The notes under the pieces: model-generated | Told to the model about the DNA's origin: nothing | Database searches by the model: none | The model's input: the letters and a program-made list of their open reading frames with translations, nothing else | Made by a program: the position numbers and the translations under genes | NCBI GenBank assembly: GCA_965223665.1 | Contig: OZ245011.1 | Coordinates: 1,568,001 to 1,632,000 of the forward strand | DNA from: Nitrospinaceae bacterium | GTDB taxonomy: Bacteria; Nitrospinota; Nitrospinia; Nitrospinales; Nitrospinaceae | Reading direction: 5' to 3' | DNA: 64,000 nt | Shown: positions 20,887 through 30,726 of the stretch, in pieces | How positions within the stretch are numbered: position 1 is the first letter of the stretch | Layout: each line of letters opens with the position of its first letter

Positions 20887-21300
20887 ATGTTACATTACGT
20901 TCGTGTTCAGAATGGCGGCGCACTGCCGGATATCAGCAACCTCAAACCTTTTAAGGCACTGGTTGTTATTGAAGAAGACATCTCGCCTGAGTGGCAGTCT
21001 CGAGCCTGCAAATGGCTGGTCGATTCAGGCTGTCTTTATATGATGGCCTGGGGAATCGATTGTGGCTCATGGGATGAAATGGTAGATTGGACCAATCTCG
21101 AACAGTGGGATTTTGGAGAGATTCCTAAAGAAGCATTTGTAATGACCACCTGGCATGAGGAACAACCCATTGAGGAAGCTTTTTTCTTTGCCAAACACGC
21201 CGCCGTTCATTCAACGGTTAAGTTGGATAACGTTCTCATATTCCACATTGGAAGGATTGACAAAGAAGCCGAGTTTGAATCTAAATTTTTGAGGGCTTAA
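20887..21300 (+). CDS. Hypothetical protein
   Basis: 137-aa ORF with protein-like motifs GCLYMMAWG and VMTTWH. Confidence 0.7.
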   Translation: MLHYVRVQNGGALPDISNLKPFKALVVIEEDISPEWQSRACKWLVDSGCLYMMAWGIDCGSWDEMVDWTNLEQWDFGEIPKEAFVMTTWHEEQPIEEAFFFAKHAAVHSTVKLDNVLIFHIGRIDKEAEFESKFLRA

Positions 21301-21327
21301 AATTTTGTGGGACAAAGGTAAAATCTA

Positions 21328-21600
21328 ATGGGTCTGGATACGGTTGAATTAGTGCTTCGAGTTGAAGAAGAGTTTGACGTTATCATTCCTGATGAGGTTG
21401 CGGAGAAAATTATGACCGTGGGAAACTTTTGTGATGCTGTGATTCGGCTTCGACAAGAAAAATTCGGTGATTCAGTTTCTGATAATACGGACGAAGCAGT
21501 TTTTAAAAAGGTAAAAGAATTTATCATAGACCAACTGGGAGTGGAGCCAGACCTGGTTACGCGAGACGCGCATATAGTTGATGACCTGGGAGCGGACTGA
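21328..21600 (+). CDS. Acyl-carrier-protein-like protein with swapped halves (circular permutation), lacking the canonical Ser
   Basis: Begins [27 protein letters not shown] (ACP C-half) and ends [12 protein letters not shown]...DDLGAD (ACP N-half). Confidence 0.75.
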   Translation: MGLDTVELVLRVEEEFDVIIPDEVAEKIMTVGNFCDAVIRLRQEKFGDSVSDNTDEAVFKKVKEFIIDQLGVEPDLVTRDAHIVDDLGAD

Positions 21601-21640
21601 AAAGGTAGCGCACATGAATAAAGAATTGCCAAAATCATGG

Positions 21641-21665
21641 TACCTATATATACTATATATTGGTA
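21641..21665. promoter_or_regulatory. Inverted repeat, probable parDE autoregulatory operator
   Basis: TACCtATATATAcTATATATtGGTA between TTGCCA (21626) and the antitoxin start. Confidence 0.55.
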
Positions 21666-21687
21666 TATTACTTTCAGGGAGAGACGC

Positions 21688-21942
21688 ATGGCGAAACATA
21701 CGAGTATTGCTTTGGGCGATCATTTTAACGAGTTTATCGAGGATCAGTTAGCTCGTGGACGTTACGGATCTGCCAGTGAAATGGTTCGGGCTGGTTTGCG
21801 GTTATTGGAAGAGCATGAATCTAAAGTTGAAGCGTTACGTTCAGCGCTGGTCGAAGGAGAAGAAAGCGGACCCGCTAAAAGTTTTGATGCCGATCAATTC
21901 TTGTCTTCGGTGAAGAAAAAGAAAAGAAAAATAAATGGGTGA
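21688..21942 (+). CDS. parD: Type II antitoxin ParD (ribbon-helix-helix)
   Basis: TSIALGDHF..GRYGSASEMVRAGLRLLEE..LRSALVEGEESG; RBS ggag; overlaps the toxin gene. Confidence 0.9.
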   Translation: MAKHTSIALGDHFNEFIEDQLARGRYGSASEMVRAGLRLLEEHESKVEALRSALVEGEESGPAKSFDADQFLSSVKKKKRKING

Positions 21943-22225
21943 TTATACCCTTCGGCCTAAAGCCAGGCAGGATTTAGAGAAAATCTGGTTTTACACATAT
22001 GAAAACTGGGGCGAAGATCAAGCCGATAGCTATATCTATGATATCGACAAAATGTTTCAAGAGTTGGCAGCCCATCCACAAAAAGGCCTATCCTGTGATG
22101 AAATTAGAGAAGGATACCGCAAACAATTTGTAGGAAAACATGTTATTTTCTATCGATTTTCTAAAAAGGGAATTGAAATCGTCCGCATCCTTCATCAAAG
22201 TATGGATATAGAGCGGCATTTATAA
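21935..22225 (+). CDS. parE: Type II toxin ParE (RelE/ParE family)
   Basis: ARQDLEKIWFYT..WGEDQADSY...HVIFYR..IEIVRILHQSMD. Confidence 0.92.
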   Translation: MGDYTLRPKARQDLEKIWFYTYENWGEDQADSYIYDIDKMFQELAAHPQKGLSCDEIREGYRKQFVGKHVIFYRFSKKGIEIVRILHQSMDIERHL

Positions 22226-22318
22226 ATCACTCTTATTTTACTCAATAACTGGCAATAAAATTTTCACCAGTGCATAGATGAATAATCAGTCATCTTATTT
22301 TAAAAAGAGAAAAATGAA

Positions 22319-22735
22319 ATGAACACAAGGAGTGAAATACATTGGAGTTTCTGGGTCATTGGTGTGGTTACTCTTTTGTTTAATCTAATGGGCGTCCTCA
22401 ATTATTTTATGCAGATGAATGCCGAGTCGCTTGACGCGTTTCCGGAAGTCTATCGCCCGATCATTGAAGGCCGACCGGCGTGGGCCACCGCAGCCTTTGC
22501 GGTCGCGGTTTTTGGTGGAGCTTTGGGCTGCCTTCTGCTTCTTTTTCGCAAGTCGGTTTCGTTTTATGTGTTCATTATTTCTTTCCTGGGCGTGATCCTT
22601 TCCATGATCCATATCTACCGCATCGCCGGGTTGAGTTCATTTGATGTTTGGATGGGAGTCTTGATGCAGTTGATCGTGACTGAATTTTTACTCTGGTATT
22701 CCAAACGAGCCGAGAGAAGGGGCTGGACTCAATAG
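22319..22735 (+). CDS. Four-TM hypothetical membrane protein
   Basis: PAWATAAFAVAVFGGALG motif; four hydrophobic segments. Confidence 0.75.
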   Translation: MNTRSEIHWSFWVIGVVTLLFNLMGVLNYFMQMNAESLDAFPEVYRPIIEGRPAWATAAFAVAVFGGALGCLLLLFRKSVSFYVFIISFLGVILSMIHIYRIAGLSSFDVWMGVLMQLIVTEFLLWYSKRAERRGWTQ

Positions 22736-22779
22736 ACCAACCTGAAAATCAATCGCAGGTTTTTTAACCAAGGTGGAGA

Positions 22780-24393
22780 TTAGAAAATTTTCAGCAAGGT
22801 ATCTTGATTTTGGTTATTGTCTTTTTCCTTCTTGAGCAAATACACATCGATAGTTTGCATGAATTGAGTTAAATCGAAAGGTTTTTTGATGTAAGCCTTG
22901 AAACCGGCCTTCATGGCTCTTTTAATTTGCGTTTCCATCGCATTTGCACTGATCGCGATCACCGGGATCCTTTTGGTTTCTTCAAACGCCTTCAGTTTTT
23001 TTAACGCTTCTATTCCGTCCATATCCGGCAAATTGATATCCATTAAAATGAGCTCTGGTAAATGTTTGTGAGCCAGATCAATTCCCTCCTGCGCCTTAGG
23101 GGCCGAGAGCAATGAAATGTCTTCTCTACTTTCCAGAATCTGTTTCACTAAAGTCAGGTTGGCGGGATTGTCTTCTATATAAAGAACCTTATACCGGCCT
23201 TTGTTTTCCTTTAGTTTCGGAAGCATGACCAGGTTTTCTTTTTCTGTGGATCCCTTCTGCAACTCTTTACCCTCCGGGAGTCTAAGGGTAAAAGTACTTC
23301 CCTTCCCTATTACACTTTCCACCTCGATGGATCCATTCATCTTTTCAATTAAACGTTGGGTGATGGTAAGACCAATTCCCGTTCCTTCAATTTCAGTTTG
23401 GTCGCGATCCAACCGGTTAAATGGTTCAAAGATACTTTTGTGCTGTTCCGGAGAAATCCCCATACCGGTGTCCTTGACGGAAATACTCACTTTCCCCTTG
23501 GGGTTTTCCAAGGCATCTAAAGTGATGGATCCGTTTTCACTATTATATTTGATCGCATTAGTAAGCAGATTGAGTAGCACTTGCTTGAGCTTCGTGCGAT
23601 CTGCAAGGGCAAAAAGGTCTCCCTCCAGTTTATTATCCACGGTTATATTGCTTTTCTGCGCCATGGGTAAAACAAGATTAAGAGTCTCTAAAAAGACATC
23701 CGATAAATTAACATTCTCAATGGACAGCGTGATCTGGTTGGATTCAATGCGCGAAAGGTCGAGGACTTCTTCGATAAGCTCTAAAAGATGTTTTCCCCCT
23801 TTGACGATTTCACCTAAACGATTTTCCTGGGAGGGTGATAATGGATCTTTATTATCCTGACCCATGAGCTGGCCAAAACCCAGAATAGCGTTCAACGGGG
23901 TTCGTAATTCATGACTCATTCGAGATAAAAAATCGGACTTCGCCGCGTTGGCTTTTTCCGCCTCTTCCTTTGCAATCAGGATACCTCTTTCAGCAATTTT
24001 CATGCTGGAAATATCCATCGAGTCGGCCCGCACATAAATGAGATCCCCATCAGGATCAAAACAGGGACTGAACGTAGTACGAAACCAAATGACTCTTCCG
24101 TCCACCACAAAATGATACTCTGCCACACTCGTCTCCCCCTTAGTAGCACGATGCATATGTTCCTTAATAATTGCCTGAGTATCTTTGGGCGCAAATGGAG
24201 GAGGAAAGGATTTTCCATAATATTCTTCTATATTTTCTATCTTGAGTGCATTGACACCACACTGGCTCATGAATTGTAATTTTAAATCCGGATCGAAAAA
24301 TTTATGACATATGGGTGAAGACGCAATCATACCTTTTATATTCGGGTCCTCACTTAATGTTTCCAGCAGTATGGGTAAGGTCAGTTTATCCAT
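22780..24393 (-). CDS. Hybrid sensor histidine kinase (PAS-HisKA-HATPase-REC)
   Basis: FLSRMSHELRTPLNAILGF, NLLTNAIKY, DTGMG, GTGIGL; receiver LYIEDN..LMDINLP..KP. Confidence 0.93.
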   Translation of the reverse strand: MDKLTLPILLETLSEDPNIKGMIASSPICHKFFDPDLKLQFMSQCGVNALKIENIEEYYGKSFPPPFAPKDTQAIIKEHMHRATKGETSVAEYHFVVDGRVIWFRTTFSPCFDPDGDLIYVRADSMDISSMKIAERGILIAKEEAEKANAAKSDFLSRMSHELRTPLNAILGFGQLMGQDNKDPLSPSQENRLGEIVKGGKHLLELIEEVLDLSRIESNQITLSIENVNLSDVFLETLNLVLPMAQKSNITVDNKLEGDLFALADRTKLKQVLLNLLTNAIKYNSENGSITLDALENPKGKVSISVKDTGMGISPEQHKSIFEPFNRLDRDQTEIEGTGIGLTITQRLIEKMNGSIEVESVIGKGSTFTLRLPEGKELQKGSTEKENLVMLPKLKENKGRYKVLYIEDNPANLTLVKQILESREDISLLSAPKAQEGIDLAHKHLPELILMDINLPDMDGIEALKKLKAFEETKRIPVIAISANAMETQIKRAMKAGFKAYIKKPFDLTQFMQTIDVYLLKKEKDNNQNQDTLLKIF

Positions 24394-24801
24394 TATTATT
24401 TCTAAACTCTTTCAGAGTTTTTGGAGTAATAAATTTTTTTCAGGCGTTCCTATATTAATATTATAAACATTACATTCCCAGATAAAACCTTAATTAACAC
24501 TCAGTCTCTCTCCAAAACTATCCACACCCTCAATCTTGAGATAGAGTCGTTGTAAAAGGGGAACTTAAACGGGCAACGCGATAAGTTCTTTTTGAATAAA
24601 AATAAAAGTTTTCAGAAAAAATTAATTTCGGAATATGCCATATTTAGGGTAATTGTGGACCAACCGGTCTTCAAATTTAAATACGTTTTCTCGAAGAGAT
24701 CAGACGTGCAGTAAAAACATTTTCAAACAAGTTCTGTATCTAAACAATTCGAGGAAAATAAATTACCGAGGATTTCTTTGGACAGAAGGTCTTCATAAAA
24801 A

Positions 24802-24835
24802 AACAAGGGTTACTGCGGTAGACGTAACCCTTGTT
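24802..24835 (-). terminator. Rho-independent terminator of the 8-repeat gene
   Basis: 12-bp stem aacaagggttac/gtaacccttgtt with a minus-strand U-run. Confidence 0.8.
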
Positions 24836-24884
24836 CGGAGAGGAGAGGCTGGAGAATCCGAATCCCCAGTCTCTTTGAGGCCCA

Positions 24885-25589
24885 TCATGAAATGCGGCTC
24901 AATTGATTCCACATACCATGCTCAGATCCGTCTTCTTCAAACAGGTCATTGGTTCGAATTCCGTTGCTGGCAAACTCATTCCACATGCCATGCTCAGAAC
25001 CGTCATCTTCAAATAAATCACCTTTGGTGATTCCGTTATTGGCAAACTCATTCCACATACCGTGCTCGGAACCATCTTCTTCAAACAAGTCACCGGTTTT
25101 AATTCCGTTGCTGGCAAACTCATTCCACATACCATGTTCGGATCCGTCTTCTTCAAATAAATCACCTTTGGTGATTCCGTTGCTGGCGAACTGATTCCAC
25201 ATACCATGTTCGGAACCGTCTTCTTCAAACAGGTCACCGGTTTTAATTCCGTTGCTGGCATATTGATTCCACATGCCGTGTTCGGATCCATCATCTTCAA
25301 ACAAATCTTCGGTGGTTCCTACAGGAACCCCAGTTTTATTCCACATCCCGTGCTCAGAACCGTCTTCTTCGAATAAATCACCAGAGGTGATTTCGTTGCT
25401 GGCATATTGATTCCACATGCCGTGTTCGGATCCATCATCTTCAAAATGATCACCAGTGGTTTCTCCGATAAGTGAGTTGCTTTTGATGTTTAAATTCTTC
25501 TCAATTGCAGGAGCAGCAAAACCGGGTCCTGCTAATAATAAAGTAGTTAATATCCAACTTGTCAGGGTAGTTTTTATTGAGTTATTCAT
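24885..25589 (-). CDS. Secreted repeat protein, 8 x 24-aa units with core FE(E/D)DGSEHGMWN
   Basis: ggagg RBS, signal peptide ending GFA, 72-bp periodicity with synonymous variation. Confidence 0.85.
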   Translation of the reverse strand: MNNSIKTTLTSWILTTLLLAGPGFAAPAIEKNLNIKSNSLIGETTGDHFEDDGSEHGMWNQYASNEITSGDLFEEDGSEHGMWNKTGVPVGTTEDLFEDDGSEHGMWNQYASNGIKTGDLFEEDGSEHGMWNQFASNGITKGDLFEEDGSEHGMWNEFASNGIKTGDLFEEDGSEHGMWNEFANNGITKGDLFEDDGSEHGMWNEFASNGIRTNDLFEEDGSEHGMWNQLSRIS

Positions 25590-26050
25590 GATGTGCCTCC
25601 ATCAAATAGTTTATTAATTGTCTAGATATAATATTATACATTTATATAAATTTATCAATAGAAAACCTAGAAAAATTTCAAGATTCTGACAAAATTTTAA
25701 TTGTTTGAAATTAAATGATTTATCGCGTTTTATCCCCAAATTCCCCAGAAATTTTTAAAAAAATAACACAAATTCCTCGATATTTCTCAACAAATATTCC
25801 CAAAATATCTAACTTATAAATTATACAAAAATATTAGAAATGTATAAGTAATTTAATCTGGCTTTTTATCTAAAACCGGAGATTCTTTCCGAAGATAGAG
25901 GGGGTCGAATTGATTCTGTTCGGTAACGCGCCCAATTCTTGGAAGAGGAAAAGGGCTTGTGCCCAGCGGGCCTCGGCCAGGAATCACATGAGTTTCCTTA
26001 ATTGGCAGGTATTCGAAATTCAGAGAAAAAAATTGGAAGAGATAAGACGA

Positions 26051-26086
26051 AAACAAGGGTTACCGCGTTAGCCGTAACCCTTGTTT
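26051..26086 (-). terminator. Rho-independent terminator of the 12-repeat gene
   Basis: Stem aaacaagggttac/gtaacccttgttt, same as the paralog's stem but with a different loop. Confidence 0.75.
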
Positions 26087-26134
26087 GGAAGGAGGAGGCT
26101 GGGTAATCCGAATCCCCAGACTCTTTGAGGCCCA

Positions 26135-27121
26135 TCATGAAATGCGGCTCAGTTGATTCCACATTCCGTGCTCAGATCCATCTTCTTCAAAAAGTTCACC
26201 TTTGGTGATACCGTTGCTGGCAAACTGATTCCACATACCGTGTTCAGATCCGTCATCTTCAAACAAATCTTCGGTGGTTCCTACAGGAACCCCAACTTTA
26301 TTCCACATACCGTGTTCGGAACCGTCTTCTTCAAACAGGTCACCGGTTTTAATTCCGTTGCTGGCAAACTGATTCCACATACCGTGTTCAGATCCGTCAT
26401 CTTCAAACAAATCTTCGGTGGTTCCTACAGGAACCCCAACTTTATTCCACATACCGTGTTCGGAACCGTCCTCTTCAAACAGGTCACCGGTTTTAATTCG
26501 GTTACTGGCGAACTGATTCCACATACCGTGTTCAGATCCGTCATCTTCAAACAAATCTTCGGTGGTTCCTACAGGAACCCCAACTTTATTCCACATACCG
26601 TGTTCGGAACCGTCTTCTTCAAACAGGTCACCGGTTTTAATTCGGTTACTGGCGAACTGATTCCACATACCATGTTCGGAACCGTCATCTTCAAACAAAT
26701 CTTCGGTGGTTCCTACAGGAACCCCAACTTTATTCCACATACCGTGTTCGGAACCGTCTTCTTCAAAATATTCATCCATGATAATTTCGTTACGCGCAAC
26801 CTGATTCCACATGCCGTGTTCGGATCCGTCATCTTCAAACAAATCTTCGGTGGTTCCTACAGGAACCCCAACTTTATTCCACATACCGTGTTCGGAACCG
26901 TCTTCTTCAAAATATTCATCCATGATAATTTCGTTACGCGCAACCTGATTCCACATGCCGTGTTCGGATCCGTCATCTTCAAATCGGTCGCCAGTGGGTT
27001 CCATGATTGGGGGGTCGCCATTAATATTCAAATTTTGATTTTGAGCGGCAAAGCCAACCCCTGAAAAAATTAATAATGCGGTTAACAAACTGAGTTGGGT
27101 TAATCGAATCGCTGTATTCAT
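26135..27121 (-). CDS. Secreted repeat protein, 12 x 24-aa units with core FE(E/D)DGSEHGMWN (paralog of 24885..25589)
   Basis: aaggag RBS, signal peptide ending GFA, 72-bp units in 144-bp pairs, same C-terminus QLSRIS. Confidence 0.85.
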   Translation of the reverse strand: MNTAIRLTQLSLLTALLIFSGVGFAAQNQNLNINGDPPIMEPTGDRFEDDGSEHGMWNQVARNEIIMDEYFEEDGSEHGMWNKVGVPVGTTEDLFEDDGSEHGMWNQVARNEIIMDEYFEEDGSEHGMWNKVGVPVGTTEDLFEDDGSEHGMWNQFASNRIKTGDLFEEDGSEHGMWNKVGVPVGTTEDLFEDDGSEHGMWNQFASNRIKTGDLFEEDGSEHGMWNKVGVPVGTTEDLFEDDGSEHGMWNQFASNGIKTGDLFEEDGSEHGMWNKVGVPVGTTEDLFEDDGSEHGMWNQFASNGITKGELFEEDGSEHGMWNQLSRIS

Positions 27122-27586
27122 GATGTGTCTCCTTTATTGACTTTCCATCCTGAGCAGTGGATGGATTTTTAATGGTTTTGTTGGGTAATCTGTATTACCC
27201 CGTTTTCTTGTTATTTTAGAAGCACACGAATCGATTAAGATACTTTATAGTTTCAAACAAATAGTTTAATTTAATTAAATCAAAAACCATCCCCTAAACC
27301 CGCCGGATCCTGCCCGGCACGCGGGCTAACGAATTGTTTTTAAAAAGAATCACCTGATGTATTGTTTGACAACCCACCCAAATCCCTATATCCTTTGTCC
27401 CATAAATCCCATTTCTAATTAATGAATACGAGTGAGATATTCGCTCTCAATCGTAAACTTTCTGTACCAAGGAGCGCATATTCTGAATCCCAAAAACGAT
27501 CAATCCATTCCTGCATTCTAAAATTCAGAATGTAGAAACATTTTTAAATGTGGACGATGAGATCAAGAGAAAAGGAGGGTTGTGTC

Positions 27587-29926
27587 ATGTTAACCAATAA
27601 ATTGAAGGCACTATTATTTACCGGTATTTTGACGATTTTGATTCCTGCTGTCTCTTTTGCCACCCCACCCGATAGACCCATCAGCATCACACCCCAAATA
27701 TTAGAAGATAACCAGATTATAAAATCCGATGAAAAGTATTTTTATTTGCCGGTCCGAGTTTCTACCTTAAACGTGAAACGCGGTGACGTTATATTAAACG
27801 TTATCGTGTATTCCCCCGATCAGCGCAAGCAACGGATCATGGAGAGTATTTCCACCAGCCTGGAAGAAAGAGATGAACAAAAGGAAGGCACCGTGGTGCA
27901 AATTCCCAGATTGCAGAAAGACGGAATCTACCGTATAGAAATCGCCGCGGGGGATCGCAAAGGAGCAATTTATGATCGCGTGGCTCTCTATCAAGTGGTC
28001 GAGAAAAAGGAAGCGCGCATCTACACGCAACGCCAGTGGCGGGACCATAGAAAAAACCTCCGGTTCAATAAATACGAAAAGGCGAAAACGGTTCGGGTGT
28101 TTTCCGGCAACCTCAAGAAGCTTACGGAAGAAGAACTTGAGGAAACCAAGGTCACGGTTATTCGTGACCCGCGTAAAGTCCTGCGGGTGAAAGCGGACAA
28201 TAACCTGGGACTGGACGCCAAGTTCGTTCTGGATTCCAGCGCCAAGGCCTGGCGGGATCGCGATCCGGTAACGTATCGAGGCAGAATTGTTTTCACCGAT
28301 TTTGAAGGAACGGTCAGACCCCTCGTCAATGGAGGCATTTATCTTTACGACGACGACACCTTTGGCGATGAGTTTCTGGGTTCCGTCACCACCAACGGCA
28401 ATGGAGAGTTCAGCTTCAGCGTCAACAACGACGACGGCTTTTTACAGAATGGTCGTGACCTGTACATCAAACTCAAATTAAGAAACACGCGATGGCGGGT
28501 TCATGACGGCGGAGACTATGAATGGGCAACCAGTGTCAGCGACGACCTCAATGAAGGACAGGTGGTCGACATTGGAACCGTCACTCCGGACGACGATATG
28601 GAAGCGGTTCAGATTTTTTCTTTTATGGATCGCGCCTGGCAGCATGTGGTCACTGTGGGTGGGCGAGACCCGGGTTTTGTCAATGTAGACTACCCCGGCG
28701 GCGGGGACTTTTTTGATGGAGAGGTCAACTTATCCGCTTCCACCAACCGCGCCCCGGACATTGCGATTCATGAGTATGGACATTTCCTGCTGGAGTCGGC
28801 GTATCCGGGGGGAGACCCTTCTCCCGGCGGGGCGCATAACTTTGGTGAAATGAATCAGGATCCCCGACTCTCCTGGAGCGAAGGCTGGGCCACGGCATTC
28901 ATGCTGAGTCTGTGCAATGACGGTCAGTACAACTGGGACGAAGGCACCACCGAAGGCGCCGGCGAATGGCCCACCTGTACCAACCAGAACGATTCGGGCG
29001 GCCAGGAGTTGGAACTGTATTCCGGCACGAACCGAACCGGCGAAACTCAGGAAGCCCGCGTGGCCGCTACGTTATTGGACTTAATGGATTCCGACAACGA
29101 TGACAACGGCGGCAATCAGAATCGCGGCAGAGATGACCTGGAAGATGACAACACCGCCAACCGGGTGTCCCTGCACACCATATACAGTGACGTTCTGTGG
29201 GGCGGCGGACACAACAACGCGTTGGAGTTCTGGACTTCCCTGTCGGGAGAAATCAGCGGCAATACCTGGAACGATGCCAATGAAATTTTTCGGTACAACT
29301 GGATGTCCATTTCCGCACCGATCGAAATCAACTGTGTCGCATCGAAAGTGGCTTCCCGGGCGTTCAGGGATTACGACGAAAAAATTAAAAACCTGCGCGC
29401 CTTTCGTAACGAAGGCTTGAAACCTTACGCCATCGGAAGGCAACTGATGCAGTCGTATTACCGTCACAGTCCGGAAATGGCGATCCTGCTGATTAAGGAT
29501 CCCAAAGCCCGGAAGCACGCGGCGCTTTTAATCAGTCATTTTTCGCAACTGGGGAAAGCGTCTCACGATCGAAAGTTGTTTGAGAAAATGGCGGGCAGAG
29601 ACGCTCGGTTCATTCCGGAAAGAATTGGTAAATCCGTGAAAGCGATTTTCAGTTTAATCCAGGAACAAGGCAGTAAAGAACTAAAACGCGATATGATAAA
29701 AGCCCAAAGGCTTTTCCAGAAAGTCGAAAAAATGAAATACTCGGAAGTGATCGACTTCACCAACACGTTGAAGAAAGCCGATGGCATCAGTATCAAACCG
29801 GTCATTCAAGGCAAGTACGCACCAGCCAGCAAAAAAGCCGACTGGAAACTGATCCGCGAAAACCTGCCCAAAGTCATGGGCCGACGCGAGAAAGGAATGA
29901 TTATTAAACGGCAACCAAGAAATTAA
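27587..29926 (+). CDS. Secreted zinc metallopeptidase with C-terminal CFI-box-CTERM-like domain
   Basis: aaggagg RBS; signal peptide; AIHEYGH and SWSEGWA (gluzincin-like); CVASKVA..LRAFRNEGL..GRQLMQSYYRHSP. Confidence 0.75.
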   Translation: MLTNKLKALLFTGILTILIPAVSFATPPDRPISITPQILEDNQIIKSDEKYFYLPVRVSTLNVKRGDVILNVIVYSPDQRKQRIMESISTSLEERDEQKEGTVVQIPRLQKDGIYRIEIAAGDRKGAIYDRVALYQVVEKKEARIYTQRQWRDHRKNLRFNKYEKAKTVRVFSGNLKKLTEEELEETKVTVIRDPRKVLRVKADNNLGLDAKFVLDSSAKAWRDRDPVTYRGRIVFTDFEGTVRPLVNGGIYLYDDDTFGDEFLGSVTTNGNGEFSFSVNNDDGFLQNGRDLYIKLKLRNTRWRVHDGGDYEWATSVSDDLNEGQVVDIGTVTPDDDMEAVQIFSFMDRAWQHVVTVGGRDPGFVNVDYPGGGDFFDGEVNLSASTNRAPDIAIHEYGHFLLESAYPGGDPSPGGAHNFGEMNQDPRLSWSEGWATAFMLSLCNDGQYNWDEGTTEGAGEWPTCTNQNDSGGQELELYSGTNRTGETQEARVAATLLDLMDSDNDDNGGNQNRGRDDLEDDNTANRVSLHTIYSDVLWGGGHNNALEFWTSLSGEISGNTWNDANEIFRYNWMSISAPIEINCVASKVASRAFRDYDEKIKNLRAFRNEGLKPYAIGRQLMQSYYRHSPEMAILLIKDPKARKHAALLISHFSQLGKASHDRKLFEKMAGRDARFIPERIGKSVKAIFSLIQEQGSKELKRDMIKAQRLFQKVEKMKYSEVIDFTNTLKKADGISIKPVIQGKYAPASKKADWKLIRENLPKVMGRREKGMIIKRQPRN

Positions 29927-29954
29927 GTTTTCCTTTAGAAAAAAAGAAAAGCCG

Positions 29955-30700
29955 ATGTGCACCCTCTTTTTAAAGAGGGCTGGGGTGATTGACAATCGGG
30001 GCTTTTGATAGAAATAAATGGAAAGCTGCGAAAAAAAATTCCCTAGTCCAGCGTCACGCTGGTCCCCTCTTTTCTAAAGAGGGTTAGGGTGATTCACATT
30101 CAGGTGTTTTGAGATGCTTCTATATATAGGGATGATACTTTAGCAGTTGATATAAAAAATTAGACCAATGTGTTCCCCCTTTATGAAGGGGGCTAGGGGG
30201 ATTTTACCACTCTCCGTGGCGGCAACTTTCATTTACGATGATCGGTGGTATGAGCCGAACGCTTAGAACCTTTTCGGAAGGGGGGTCTGCCTTTAGAAAA
30301 AAAAAGCAAAAAAGAATAGCCGATGTACCCCCTCTTTCCCAATCTAGCGATTGGAGGCTGCAGGAATATTTGAACAGTTAGTGACGATAGTGCACTCTCA
30401 AAAAATTATCGAGAATGAAATACTTCTTCCAGGCGTTGCCTGGTGGGGTGATTGACATTCAGGTGTTTTGAGATGCTTCTATATATAGGGATGACACTTT
30501 AGCAGTTGATGTCCAAAAAAAGACGATGCGTCCCCCCTTTGTGAAGGGGGCTAGGGGGATTTTTCCTTCAGGGCCTTTAAATTGAATGGAAAAATTTTTT
30601 GAAGAGTTTCTAAGATTCCCGAAATCGAATCAACTTATCAAAAATTAAAGGTTACCGGCAGGCGTTGGCCTGCGGGCTGGAGGAAGTACGACCTCTCGCC
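29955..30700. repeat. Cluster of modular palindromic intergenic repeats
   Basis: ccctcttttctaaagaggg, ccccctttatgaaggggg, ccagcgtcacgctgg and ccaatctagcgattgg units; ~60-bp direct repeat at ~30090 and ~30449. Confidence 0.8.
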
Positions 30701-30726
30701 GAAAAATAAAGAATATCTTAGGACCC

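Noticed and set aside
23201-23860. 219-aa plus-strand ORF
   Set aside because: Antisense shadow of the histidine kinase; no recognisable motifs
24900-27000. CRISPR-like pattern of ~36-bp conserved repeats with ~36-bp spacers
   Set aside because: Repeat variation falls at codon wobble positions, spacers are related or identical to each other, the units sit in ORFs with RBS, signal peptide and terminator, and no cas genes are present
26153-27064. 303-aa plus-strand ORF (and shorter alternative frames at 24899-25300 and 24949-25194)
   Set aside because: Shadow frames of the repeat genes; they stay open because the repeat lacks stops, and wobble changes are non-synonymous in them
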